DNA of 64,000 bases. Source: Octopus sinensis (taxonomy: Eukaryota). The notes beneath the pieces are model-generated. The model was not told where the DNA came from. It saw only the letters and a program-made list of their open reading frames with translations, and did no database searches. Made by a program: the position numbers and the translations under genes. Positions 28,107 through 40,552 of the stretch are shown here, one piece after another. The stretch's first letter is position 1. Each line of letters begins with the position of its first letter. The stretch covers positions 83,018,001 through 83,082,000 of the forward strand of contig NC_043000.1 of the NCBI RefSeq assembly GCF_006345805.1, given 5' to 3'.

Positions 28107-28254
28107 TATTCAGAGAAAAGAAAATTATAATGTATTTTTATTTTTGAGGAAGTAACACAAATTAGAAGTTCAATAATTGACTACTATATACAATATAATA
28201 ATATTATATATACTATATAATAATCAGTTTTAAAAATAAATGAAAGAAAATTAC

Positions 28255-28497
28255 TGCTGAGCTAGATTCTTCAGTGGTTTTCTTAAATCTCTTTAACATA
28301 TCCAATAATAAATCAGCTGCTGTTGCCAATACTGGATAAATCAAGGTTTGATAGCATTCCAAAGTAATAAAGATACTATTAGGTGTAGGTTCCAGATGAA
28401 TTCTTACAAGCCGTAATTTCATTGCTTGGATAATATCCCACAATAATTTGTTCATATTTTGGAAACTTGACCACAGTTCTCCACGGTGTGACAAAAT
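28255..28497 (-). CDS. CFAP54: CFAP54-like exon, ILSHRGELWSSFQN...AADLLLDMLKRFKKTTEESSSA
   Basis: tttcAG|...GCA|GTAAT; 243 nt, phase 0/0; resembles recalled VLAHRGGYWTLLQN...AELLIDML. Confidence 0.9.
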
Positions 28498-28604
28498 CTG
28501 AAATGTTCAAAAAGTATAGTGTTATATTGTTAATTATAATTTTAAAAATTGAGCCAGTGCTATTCAGTGAACTATATATATATATACATACATATATATA
28601 TATT

Positions 28605-28653
<49 letters not shown>

Positions 28654-28799
28654 TTATACATATTTTTTCACTTCCTGAGTGTTATACTAATACATCTGTA
28701 TGTTGTCTACACCACCTGCCTTCGTCTTTTGCTTTTTTGTGAATTCTCCCTATATATATATATATATATATATATAGATATAGATAGATAGATAAATAG

Positions 28800-30333
28800 A
28801 TAGAAATGGTAAGACAACAAAAGAATGAAAGAGACCTCGATATTATGTAAATAGAGGAATTTATCTGTAAATATAGTATGTGACAATTATTCGGTAGCCA
28901 TGATAAAACTCCGAGTTTCAGATGTCGGGGTGGAAACCCACACTACCATCTTTTCAGTTATCCAGCCATTGAAAAATCGCTATGAAAATGACCATTAAAC
29001 AAAGGGAAATTACTGTGTGATTGACCATTATTAAGAAAAAAGAGCTATTAGAATGACCACTAAGTAAGGGAGTAAAAATCTTCCTAGCAATCATGTAAGC
29101 ATGCATGTCCATACCTACACATGCACGCCCGCACACCCACGTACATGCGCCTATAAGTATATACCCATTCACCCTCACTTGAAACACACACATACTCACC
29201 CACACATTCGCCAAAAAATATATACATACCCGTATACCTGCTCACACACACACACACATATGCACAAAAAATGTTCATGCACACGTCTACATGCACACAT
29301 GCACAAGAAAAACAGAGCTAAAGGCAAAATACAGAAAAATGTGTAAAGGAGTATAAAAAAATAAGCAATAAGAGTAAAACACGTCTATATACGCACATGC
29401 TCGTAAGCATACACACACACACGTCTATATACATGCATACCCACACACATCTATATACGCACACATGATGGCTCATCTGGAAAAGCAGCTTAGACCCCGC
29501 CACATGTCTGAATTCAAGAACTGAACATTTTGGATCATGTCCATATGTAGCTAAATATTTGTTATGATTTTGTTCCTACCGAGATTACAGATAGGACTTG
29601 CTTTCTATATTGTGTCCACGTACAAGCTTTTTATCTCTCTATACTTTTTACTTATATTTCTTATATATTTTTGATATATATATTTATATATTTTTCATAT
29701 ATATATTTTTTACATATTTATAGAGATATTGTTTTATAGGTTTATTGCTCATATATTTTTTACACATATTTTTCTGTATTCTACCTTCCACCCCGCATTT
29801 TCCCTGTGTGTATATAGACATGTATATGGAATCTTTTGTGCGCACGTGTGGATGTGTGTGGGTTTGTGTGTATATAGACGTGTGTGTGGGCGTGCATGTG
29901 AGTATGTGCATGAACCTTTTTTGTGTGCTGTGTGTGTGCAAGCATGTATGCAGGTATGCATATATTTTTTGGCGAATGCGTGGGTGAGCATGTGTGTGTT
30001 TCAAGTGAGGGTGGATGAGTAAATACTTATAGGCGCATGTAAGTGGGTGTGTGGGTGCGCATGTGTAGGTATGGACATACGCGCTTACGTGATTGCTATG
30101 AACATTTTTACTCCCTTACCTTTACTCCCTCTCCTTACTTAGCAGTCATTCTAAAAGCTCTTTTTTCTTAATAATGGTCAATCACACAGTAATTTCCCTT
30201 TGTTTAACGGTCATTTTCATAGCATTTTTTCAATAGCCAGATAACTGAAGATGTGGCGGCGTGGGTTTCCGCCTCGACATCCAAAACTCAGAATTTTATG
30301 GCTACCGAATAATTGTCACATATTATATTTACA
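28800..30333 (+). mobile_element. 5'-truncated Penelope-like element with inverted pseudo-LTRs
   Basis: Long inverted arms (about 28866-29360 and 29740-30333) with hammerhead-like cores; the spacer 29465-29640 encodes decayed MMAH..DPAT..EHFGSC, resembling a Penelope GIY-YIG C-terminus. Confidence 0.6.
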
Positions 30334-30479
30334 TATATATATTTAAAAATTTTTCTCCCATGTGCTCCCTTCCATTCCATTCCATTCATCTGGTTCTGTT
30401 TACACACACCTCCTACATATTCTTGCCCAGTCGCAAAATGATGCTAAGTTAAGATTTTCTCTTTTCGATCTTTCATACA

Positions 30480-33450
30480 TTCATTCGCCATTAACACTTT
30501 AAATGTATTAGCTACTAACAGCTAGTTTTTCAGAAGCTAACCATTTAAGCTGACCCCTCAATATATAACTTCTTCATCTCTCATGTAATTTCACGAAGAT
30601 AATTACTCATTTCTTGGTTTGTTTAAAATTTCTTGTTCTTTGGTTTAATTTCTCATTTCTGTGATCTCAGTTCTCATCCACCATGAACACTCTGAATGTA
30701 TATTATTATTATTATTACTATTATTTTCGTTCCTCATACCATCTCTCCAAATTAAACTTTGCTTGTTCATAGTGTGCCTGCCCTTTCCCGCCCCCACCAC
30801 CAATACCGGATATCTCTATCTCTATCTTCCCACCATCTACACCGGATATATCTCTCTCTCCTCCCACCACCATTACCTGATCTCTTTTCTCCCAACCCTT
30901 CCTCCTCACTGGGCTGTTCTCTATGCATTACCTGAACTCTTTCTTTCTTTCTCTCTCTCTCCTGGGACAAATGCAACTAGCTCAGCCGCTCACCTACTTA
31001 ACCAGCTATCTTTCATTTTGTTTTGTTCTGTCTAGAAATTTGTCACCACCATTACCAGATATCTCTTCTCAATCCTCCCCACTAGTGCTGTTCTCTATAT
31101 TACCTGCACTTTCTCTCTCTCTCCTGGGACAAATGCAACTAGATTAGCTGCCCACCCACTTAACCAGCTATGTTTCATTTCGTTCCATCTAGAAATATGC
31201 CAACAACTACCTGATAATTTTTCATGGACATATCAAGTGAAGGAGAAAGCTAATGGGCTGTACATGTGTGTTTGTTCCTCTGTGTGTGTGTGAGTGTGTG
31301 TGTGTGTGCATGCATGCGTGCTTGTGTGTATGGTTGAGCTTGTTTCCTCTCTTTCTCTGTCTGAAACATCCCCTCACCACCGGTGGTACCCTCCATCATA
31401 CCTACAATCCCCTCTCCCTGGAAAAACTCAACCAGTTTAGCTGACTCCCTACTTAATCTAACATTGGAATATCCATATTTGCAACATCGCTTAAATTTAC
31501 ATTTTTACGATGACCATAATACTTATACTTACAATGCCTCTAACACCTACTCCTACCTCCAGTAGGGGCAACAATCTGAACACGCTTGAATGTTTGTATG
31601 ATGTCAGGTCGGATGTGAGAACAGGTGAAGCATGCCTAAAATACAAACACGACATCCACCCTCTTCTTTTCAGGTGCTGAATAACATCTCTCCTCCCCAA
31701 GCCTCACCCCAGATTCATTTCCCAGTTTTCAGAGTTGGTACTGAAAGGTAGGTCTAGTGAGATTGTAGAGATGTTTGAAAGGAGATGTGTCATTGTATGC
31801 TGCATACAAAAGGTAAGATGGAGAGGAGCTTCAGCTAGGATCCTCACAGGCAAAGCATATAGATATAAAATCTTCTGGCAAGGAAACATGGATGGAGTAG
31901 AGGATGTAGACATAGTCCTTGCAGAGAAATGGGTGGATAAGGTCATAGAGGTTGTCAAGGTATGTGATAAAGTGCTTAAGCTTAGGCTAGTCCTGCAGAA
32001 CAGCACAGCTACAATTATCTCTGCCTATGCCCTACAAGTGGGCCTACCAAATGATCAGAAGGACCACTTTTATGATACCCTTCTACAGGTTACCTCAAAG
32101 ATGAGTGGCAGTGACCTCATTATTGCGGCTGGAGATTTTAATGGGCATGTTGGGTGGCAATCTGGTATATCACTGGTATGCATGGGGGCCATAATATTGG
32201 TTCCTGAAATGATGAGGGAACTAAGCTACTGGAGTTCTGTGATGCATGCAACCTTTTAATCTCCAACACTAACTTCAGGAAGACAGACAGCAACCTGGTA
32301 ACCTATTAATCAGGTGATTGATTTCATCATCACCAGACTGTGGGACACAGGGCTGCTCTTAAATACAAAGACCCTCCCAGGTGAAGAATGTACCCACCTA
32401 GTCATTAGTGATTCTAGACTCGAGGCCAGAAGGATGCCAAGAAGCAGACCAATCCAGAAAAGAAGAATTTGGAAGCTAAAGAACCCTTCACATGATCAGA
32501 GATTTAGGGATATCCTCATCAAGAAATTTGATGAGAAGGAGGAGGAGCTACAGAACTCGGACATAGAAGGTAGCTGGAAATTCCTATGGGACAGTTTACT
32601 GAGTACCACAGACCAAATCTGTGGATGGTACAAAGTCCCTTCCAGACCTAAAGTGACGTGGTGGAATAATATGGTAGACAAAGCCATTAAAGCAAAGAAA
32701 CAGGCCTGGAAAGGCTGGAAGGGTGGGGGTAGCAGGGAATTGTACCAGATAGCCAGAAGGGAGGCTGGGCGACAGGTATACATAGCCAAGGGTGAAGCAG
32801 AAAAGAAGAAGTTTGTCAATGTCCAGTGACATGAGGACCAAAGAACTAAAGTATTTCTGATTGCAAGACAGTGTGTGAGAGAAAATTGTGATGTCACAGG
32901 AGAGAAATGTGTCCACATGGATGAAAGTGCACTTGCTTTTAATGATTCTGAAAAGAAAGAGGCTTGGAGAAGCCATTATGAAAGACTGCTGAATGTGGAG
33001 AATGAATGGGAGGAGGAGAGCCTGCCAAATGTTGACCCAGTAGAAGGACCAGCTATTCGAACAGACAGAAATTGGGTAGATAAAGCAATTAAGGTTATGA
33101 AGCCAGGAAAAGCCCCAAGCCCATCAGGAATCACTTCTGAGATGCTTAAAACATATGGTGGTGTGGGCTATGGCCTAGTCACCCGTTTTGTAAACCAGGT
33201 AGTTCATGATGGAGTCATACCCAATGACTGGCATAGCAGCACCATAGTCAACTGCTACAAGGGGAAAGATGATGCTTTAGATAGTAATAACTAGGTAGAA
33301 GCACTACTGATGCTATATTCCTGGTACGGCAACTGCAGGAGAAATACCTAGCCAAAGATAAACCCCTATACTTAGTTTTTATTGACTTGGAACAAGCCTT
33401 TGACAGGGTTCCCCAATCCCTTACCTTGTGGTCAATGAGGAAACTTGTAG
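30480..33450 (+). mobile_element. RTE-clade LINE, older copy, 3'-truncated
   Basis: ORFs 31735-33294 are homologous to the APE, linker and early RT of the 16459 copy; pyrimidine-rich 5' region with approximate boundary. Confidence 0.85.
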
Positions 33451-33504
33451 CAGGTTGCGTTTGAAGTGGATGCTTGTTATATATGTATATATATATACAT
33501 ATAT

Positions 33505-34120
33505 ATATATCATCATCGTTTAATGTCCAGTTTCTATGCTGGCATGGGTTAGATGGTTTGACTGAGGACTGGTGACCCAGAAGGCTGCACCAGACTCAAT
33601 TTGATGATGATGATAACGATGATATATGACGATGATATATGTACGTATATCATCGTCTCTATATATGTGTGTGTGTATATATATATATATATGTATGTAT
33701 GTATATATTTATGGGTGTGTGTTTGTGTTTTTCCTGCCACCATCACTTGACAACTGATACTGGTGTGTTTATGTCCCCATGACTTAGCGGTTCAGCTAAG
33801 AGACCAATAGAATAAGTACTAGGCTTACAGAGAATAAGTCCTGGGGGTCAATATTTTCAACTAAAACCCTTTAAGGCAGTGCTCCAGCATGGCTGCAGTC
33901 AAAAGACTGAAACAAGTAAAAGAATAAAAGAATAAAACATTATGCTTCAATGTGGCTGAGTAGTAAGACATATGCTTCGCAGCCACTTAGTTCTGGGATC
34001 AATTCTACTGCATGGCACCTTGGGCAAGTGTCTTCTATCATAGCCTTGGGCAAACCAAAACCTTGTAAGTGGATTTCATCAACAGAAACTTGTTGTGCAT
34101 ATGTGTGTATGCATGCATGC

Positions 34121-34177
<57 letters not shown>

Positions 34178-34440
34178 TGTCTGTGTGTGTGTGTGTATCA
34201 CTGTCTCTTTGCCTTGACATTGCGTGATGACTGTAAATGAATGTCATCATCATGCAAGCAGTGCATTTTATTCCTAATCTTCCACAAAAACATGTCTAGG
34301 TATGGGAAAATAGTACTATACATGGAAACAAGTGAAGGCTGACCACAGGAAGGGCACCCAGCTGTATGAAAGTCATGTCAACAAATCTCCAGCTGACCCA
34401 TGTGTGCCTGGAAAAGTGAATGTTGAAACAATGATAATAA
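33505..34440. repeat. SINE and microsatellite cluster
   Basis: LINE-tail fragment and two SINE families with (GT)n. Confidence 0.75.
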
Positions 34441-34651
34441 ATTTATCTGAATTATTACAGATCAAAGGCATTCCAATCATAGCCATTACATCTTTTCTTA
34501 TGGGTATCCCAGATAAAATTATTTGATATGTCCTTTCCCCCACACAACCCTTTTTTTTTAAAAAAAAGAATAGTATTTGAAAGATATTTGGCTGTTATTT
34601 CGTGCAGATTGAACACAAATGTAGAAGTAAAAAGTATGGAATAATACTCAC

Positions 34652-34770
34652 AAGTGCTGTTCTGAAGAGAATGAACATTTTACCTAAGCATTCATAAGTG
34701 CTTTCAGGATTTATTTCAATATGAGGTTTGGAATGAGCTGATGAGTACTTTGTGGAGTGAGGTTTTTCTT
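34652..34770 (-). CDS. CFAP54: CFAP54-like exon, EKPHSTKYSSAHSKPHIEINPESTYECLGKMFILFRTAL
   Basis: aaatAG|AAG (NAGNAG; alternative end 34767)...CTT|GTGAGT; 119 nt, phase 1/0; resembles recalled FMKIFLYCRRAM. Confidence 0.85.
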
Positions 34771-34809
34771 CTATTTAGGAAAATATAAATATAAGACTTT
34801 ATTTTTGTG

Positions 34810-35166
34810 TCTGGTTTGCAAGATTCTTTATATGAATTCATGTGTTAAAGCAAATTTTGTTGTCTGAGGAGAGTTATATTGTCTTTATACCTTATTATCT
34901 AACACACTCACTGATTCAATTTCCACTCATTTATTATTTATATTTTTTCTTCTAAAATTTTCATTGCCTTTGCATCCTTGTCAATGGATGCTGATTCTGT
35001 CTGTTATTGGAGCTGTAATAGTGGACATCCATGACAAGGTGGCAAAAGCAATGAAAATGTTGAAAGAAAAAATATATATAGATAATAAATGAGTGGAAAT
35101 TGAACAGGTGAGTATGATAGATAATAAGGCATTAAGAAAATATGACTCTCCTCAGACACAACAAAA
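34810..35166. mobile_element. Penelope-type pseudo-LTR remnant, inverted repeat
   Basis: Diverged arms about 34855-34990 and 35026-35166; head similar to the 22840 element. Confidence 0.55.
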
Positions 35167-35327
35167 TAAATATAAAAACAAACATTTAATAACAGACATT
35201 TGATAACAAGTAAAGCTTTTTAAAAATCACTTTAAATCTATTTCATGAGGTATCAAAAGTTTCATTACACAACTAAAAGCTGATATCACTGACTTGTACC
35301 ACTACTGTTTCAAAGTCTAACAGACAG

Positions 35328-35468
<141 letters not shown>

Positions 35469-35722
35469 AGTGATGAATTAAATTAGCAGCATGATAAACA
35501 ACCTAAGTTGCAGATTTGTGCTTTTGACAGCATGTCGTTAATGAAACAACATCTATTTTATGCACAATGTAAACCAGAAGGGCCTCAATCTCCCATTTGT
35601 AACTATCTTTCACACTCCTTTCACACTCTTGAAAACTTCTCTAGCCATCCACTCACCCTTTCTGTTCCTCTACCACTATTCTCTTTTTTATATTCATCTT
35701 GTACATTGAGGGTGCATGCTCA

Positions 35723-35790
<68 letters not shown>

Positions 35791-37104
35791 AGTTGGGAAA
35801 TCATGTATCTCCTCTTCAGCAAGATACCTGTTTCTGTCCCAGTACACCCTGTAAAGTGGTTGGTGTTAGGAACGGTATCTGTCTGCAGAAACCATGACAA
35901 AACAGACACTGAAGCCCAGCACAGCCTTCTGAGTCATTGGTTCCTGTTGAACCATCCAAACCATGCAAGTATAGAAAACAGACATTAAACAATGAGGATG
36001 GTAATGATCATGAAAATATAATGGATGAAAATGTACCGCAAAGTTTAAACGATTGCCAAAATCTTTTTTTGATGAAATACAAGGCAACAGATGTTGTATT
36101 TCATTTAGGTATATTAAATATTCTATATCACATTTCAACCAGTTTCCACTCTATAAGTTCTTCAAAGGCAAATGAGAAAAGTAGGTTTTTAAGCAATACT
36201 GCCCAAAGGACACTGACAGACAGGTATAGTAGTAAGAATCAGATCCAATAGCAATTAAAATATATAAAGAAGTAAAAGTATTGTAGGTGGATGGTGAAAG
36301 ATGGTATCAGAGATTGATGGGCAGATACAGCAATGAGAATCAGATAGATAGATGAGTATGGAGGTCAAAGTGTTGTGGATGGAAAAAGAATGAGGGTACC
36401 AGATTACAAGGCAAGGAATGTTTAGTAAATAATTATTTAAATGCTTAGCATTACCATTTAGCTTAAGATAGAATGGTATTCAGATAAGTATAGAAATTTA
36501 ATAGCGTATACAAGACATGCAATGACACACACAAACCATTTATTTATGTAGACCATATTTACATTCACCAATGATATATTGCATATCTTCAACTAGAATA
36601 TGAACATATGCATGCATGTATGTGTGTCTAAAATGCCCATCATTGTATGCTAGTGTTCTTTATATCACTATTCATAGAAATTGTTTGTCAAATGTTCAGA
36701 TAAGGCTTATATTTCATAATGAATTATTCTTGTTTGTTTATTTATTGTTGTTCATTGTTTGTTCATTGTTTGTGAAATGAAAATATTTTAAAATTGGGCA
36801 TTTCCATTCTGGCACATATTACCATATATTCACTTGATGGAACCTACCTGACTTTTCATTATTAATCTGTTGTTTATGTACCATATTAACTTCCACTTTT
36901 TACATTTTCATACTGGCAAGGGACAGACAGAATTTGCTGAGGCAGATTTTTTACAGCTGGATACCCTTCCTGTCACCAACCCTCAACAGTTTTGAAGTAT
37001 GCTAATATTTCCTCGTGGCTAGACATGTTTTTCACAGAAGGAAAATCTTACTTGCATGATGCTCAGTTCATTTAAACCACCACATGATGTCAAAACAAGC
37101 GTGT

Positions 37105-37144
<40 letters not shown>

Positions 37145-37845
37145 CACACACACAGAGCAGACTTTTTTGAGTTTCCACCTATCAAATCCACTCACAAAGC
37201 TTTTGTTCTCCACAGGCAAGAGCAGAAGAAACTTTCCCAAATGAATGATGATAACAATTGAAAAGAACCAATTACTGGGCAAAAAAATTGTGGTCTTGGG
37301 AACTATGCTTCTTAACCACACCATCACATTGGTGTGAGTATGTCTGTTTTTCTATTGCAATGTAAAATGGTGTCTCAAGTTGTTTCTTTTCACACATAAA
37401 ATACAACATAGCCATTTGGTGGATTAGAAATTGATGCAATAGGTACCATACTTTAATAAATATTTAAAATGAGAAAGCAACAAAAGTCTTGAGTGGCTGA
37501 AACCAGTAAGAGAATAAAAGAAAATGTCAGAAAGTATGAGCTTTAAACATTAAAAATGCCAAATTATGATTACATATGCAGTTAAAGAGAAAAAAACCCA
37601 AACTATTTGACAATGAACATTAGCTTCACCTCAGCAAATATGGGAGGCAACTCTATGCATGCTTTTTTCTATTTGCAACTCTCCTGCAAAATGCAGAATT
37701 ATCATGACTTGCTAAAGTATTAGAGATCAAATAGCTTAGTAAACATACAGGAATATATTAGCATAGAATAATGAAAGTGATCAAAACAAAATTTATCTAG
37801 TTGAAATTAAAATACATTATCTTAGCTTGAATAATAAAAATGTAC

Positions 37846-37949
37846 CTTGTTTCAATACTATCGTATCTGTCGTTTTATTTATCATTGTATAATTGAGGAA
37901 GAGGCCACTGTTTTCAAACGAAATCCACTCGTAATCAAAACTTTTGCCA
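37846..37949 (-). CDS. CFAP54: CFAP54-like exon, GKSFDYEWISFENSGLFLNYTMINKTTDTIVLKQ
   Basis: tttttAG|...AAG|GTAC; 104 nt, phase 2/1, chains with both neighbours; resembles recalled DPNMFSLYNSG. Not in the ORF track. Confidence 0.85.
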
Positions 37950-38330
37950 CTAAAAATTTGCAAATAAGGAAAAAATAATGTATGAATATTCATTACAATT
38001 GATTCAAAATCAATGTTTTACTTCAAAATTTATAAAGCATTTAGATTCCAAGTATAAACAACATTTTCTTTAGCCAGTCAATCAAGAAAATACAAGCAAA
38101 CCACTAATTTATATCTATTTGTGAGTAGAATTTCTGTTTAAGAAAAACTAAAAAAATGATGTAACACACTAAACAACATATAAACTAACAGGTTTTTCTA
38201 TTATCAGACAAGGCCTGAAATTATGGCAGGAGGGGACAATCAATTACATCAACCCCAATGCTCAATTGGTACTTATTTTATCAATCCTAAAGAGATGAAA
38301 GATGAAGTCAAGCTCAGCTGAATTTGAACC

Positions 38331-39403
38331 TGTAGTGTGATGGAGGAAAAGGACAATAGAAAAAGCAAACAGGAGAAAGAAATACAAAGACCTTACCTGT
38401 TGACCTAGGCAGGATGAGCAATCACTGTCAAGAAATAAACACATCCTTGCCTGCTGCCATTTCTGCTTGAACTGACTACATGTGCTTCCTGCCAATGCAT
38501 GCCCCATGGCTGTCCCACAAGCCCCTGCAGTCTTCACTTCCATCTACCTCATCTACAATCACCTCCACCAGAACCACATAGCTCATCACAGCCCATAACA
38601 CCACACGCCCATCCTGATCTACAGATCATTCAACTAGCTTTCCCACTCACTCCTCGCTCCTGAACTCACACCTTAACTGGTTTCATAATCAGCCAACCAG
38701 GGAGGAGGGTTCCACTCCCTCTGTGATTGCCGTGCGACCCTGGGACTGGCCTGAGTTCCTGGCATACTGCTGCTGGTTTCATCATCTTGTCTACTGATGC
38801 TGTCTTCAAATTCTTGCCTACTGTTGCTGTCTTCATCTTCTTGCCCACTGCTGCTGGTTCCATCCTCTGAAGCATGGACAATCTTCCGTACATCAAAAAT
38901 GTGGCATGGCATACCATCAACAGAGACGTTGTTCTTCGAATTGATGGAGGTTATTCTTCCCTCTCCCCATTGTGCGTTTGGGGGTTTTACCCAAACTTCT
39001 TCCCTGACCTGCACAAAGGCATGCTCTTCTTCTGCCCCGGGTTGCATTGATGCAGTACACAGATGCCTCCACTCATACCTGAATATTGCCCTGTGTGGCA
39101 CCAACACCTCAGCCTGTCCTGACCTGGGCGACATATTGTACCAAAATACGGCCTCGATTGGTGAAATGTGGCCCCTCTCTGCCATGGTCTTGATGGTACA
39201 ATGATGCCTTTCCACCACCCCATTTCCACTTAGCCGATATGCTGCCCTGCTGCCATTTCTGCTCGAACTGACCACACGTGCTTCCTGCCCACGCATGGCT
39301 GTCCCACAGGCCCCTGAAGTCTTCATTTCTGTCTACTTCATCTGCAATCCCCTCCACCAACACCACATAGCTCATCACAGCCCATACCACCACTAACACC
39401 ACA
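38331..39403 (-). mobile_element. Internally deleted Gypsy LTR element inserted in a SINE
   Basis: TG...CA ends with 5-bp TSD GAACC (38326-38330 and 39404-39408); direct repeats about 38447-38605 and 39243-39395; integrase remnant SGNGVVERHHCTIK in ORF 38673-39326. Confidence 0.85.
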
Positions 39404-40457
39404 GAACCCACAATATAAAGATGGATGAAATGCCACATAGCATTGTGTCTGGAATGCTAATAATTCTGCCAGCTCACCAGCTTTCATATAAACTAATATT
39501 AAAAATATTTTGCAGTTATAAACTTTAATCAAGTAAAGGCCAGCTATTCTAATCCAGTTGGATCTCCTTGAGCTTCAATGTTTGATTTTTTCAGTCAGCT
39601 CTATATGTTCATAACTTATATTAGCTTCTTCACATAAGTTAATTATCATGAAGTGTAGATTTAACCATAAGAGTACAAAATAATTACATAAGATGCTTTA
39701 AAACATGAATAAATAAATTGTATATAACTAGGTTATATTCAATTAGGAAACATTTGCATGGTCATTATTATTTTAAAACAAAGATTAACTATCAATGTTA
39801 TATAGAAACAAAAATCTTCAGTTGTTTAAACATTATTAATATATATTCAAATCCTATTTTATATAATTATTAATTATTAATCTGTATCTGGCAGGTTAGC
39901 CAAAATACTGGAAAAATGGATTTAATGCATTTCAGGACTTAGTTTTGTTTCATATTTAAAATCAAAACTACCAAATGGTTTGATTTTGAATTTTCAGTTG
40001 CCCAGAATCAATAAACTAAATACCAATATTATTATTGATATATTGTAGTCAAATAAATCAAATTCAGCTCTTCTTTGGGAAACTTACCCATATATCATTG
40101 TAAGAAATCAATATTTGTTATTGTTAAGAGAACAGAAGTACTAGATAATTATTTCTTGATAATACTTTCTTGTTATTGTTTATGATTTCTTAAGATCTGT
40201 TCTGCACATATTAATTGACTTTTAACAATTAATTGTGCAGTTTATATTTGTAATTAATATTTATTAAAGTAGAGGTGGTTGACACAAGTAAGCATCAGCT
40301 CAAAATATGTAGTTTTCAATGAAATGTTTATTCTGGGTTAAGATATTGCCAACTCTGTGTTTGCCTTTTATCTGTCCAGAGTAAATAAAGCAGACAGCAA
40401 TGATTTGATCAAAAGAATTTCATAATTGCAATGTTTTATATTTTAGCTGGTACTTAC

Positions 40458-40552
40458 AAGTTTTCAGTTGTCACATTGGTTTGAATTCTTAGATATTGTT
40501 CATACTTATCCAATAAGGAATTAAATAGTGCAATAGCTTGCAACATGTTGAG
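40458..40552 (-). CDS. CFAP54: CFAP54-like exon, LNMLQAIALFNSLLDKYEQYLRIQTNVTTEN
   Basis: ttttcAG|...TT|GTAAG; 95 nt, phase 0/2; resembles recalled MNLYLAGAHFNLVLQKL. Confidence 0.85.

Noticed and set aside
35866-36138. Minus ORF ending FA|GTAC as an exon
   Set aside because: Its phase-0 end does not fit the phase-1 junction, and exons 37846 and 34770 already join in frame.
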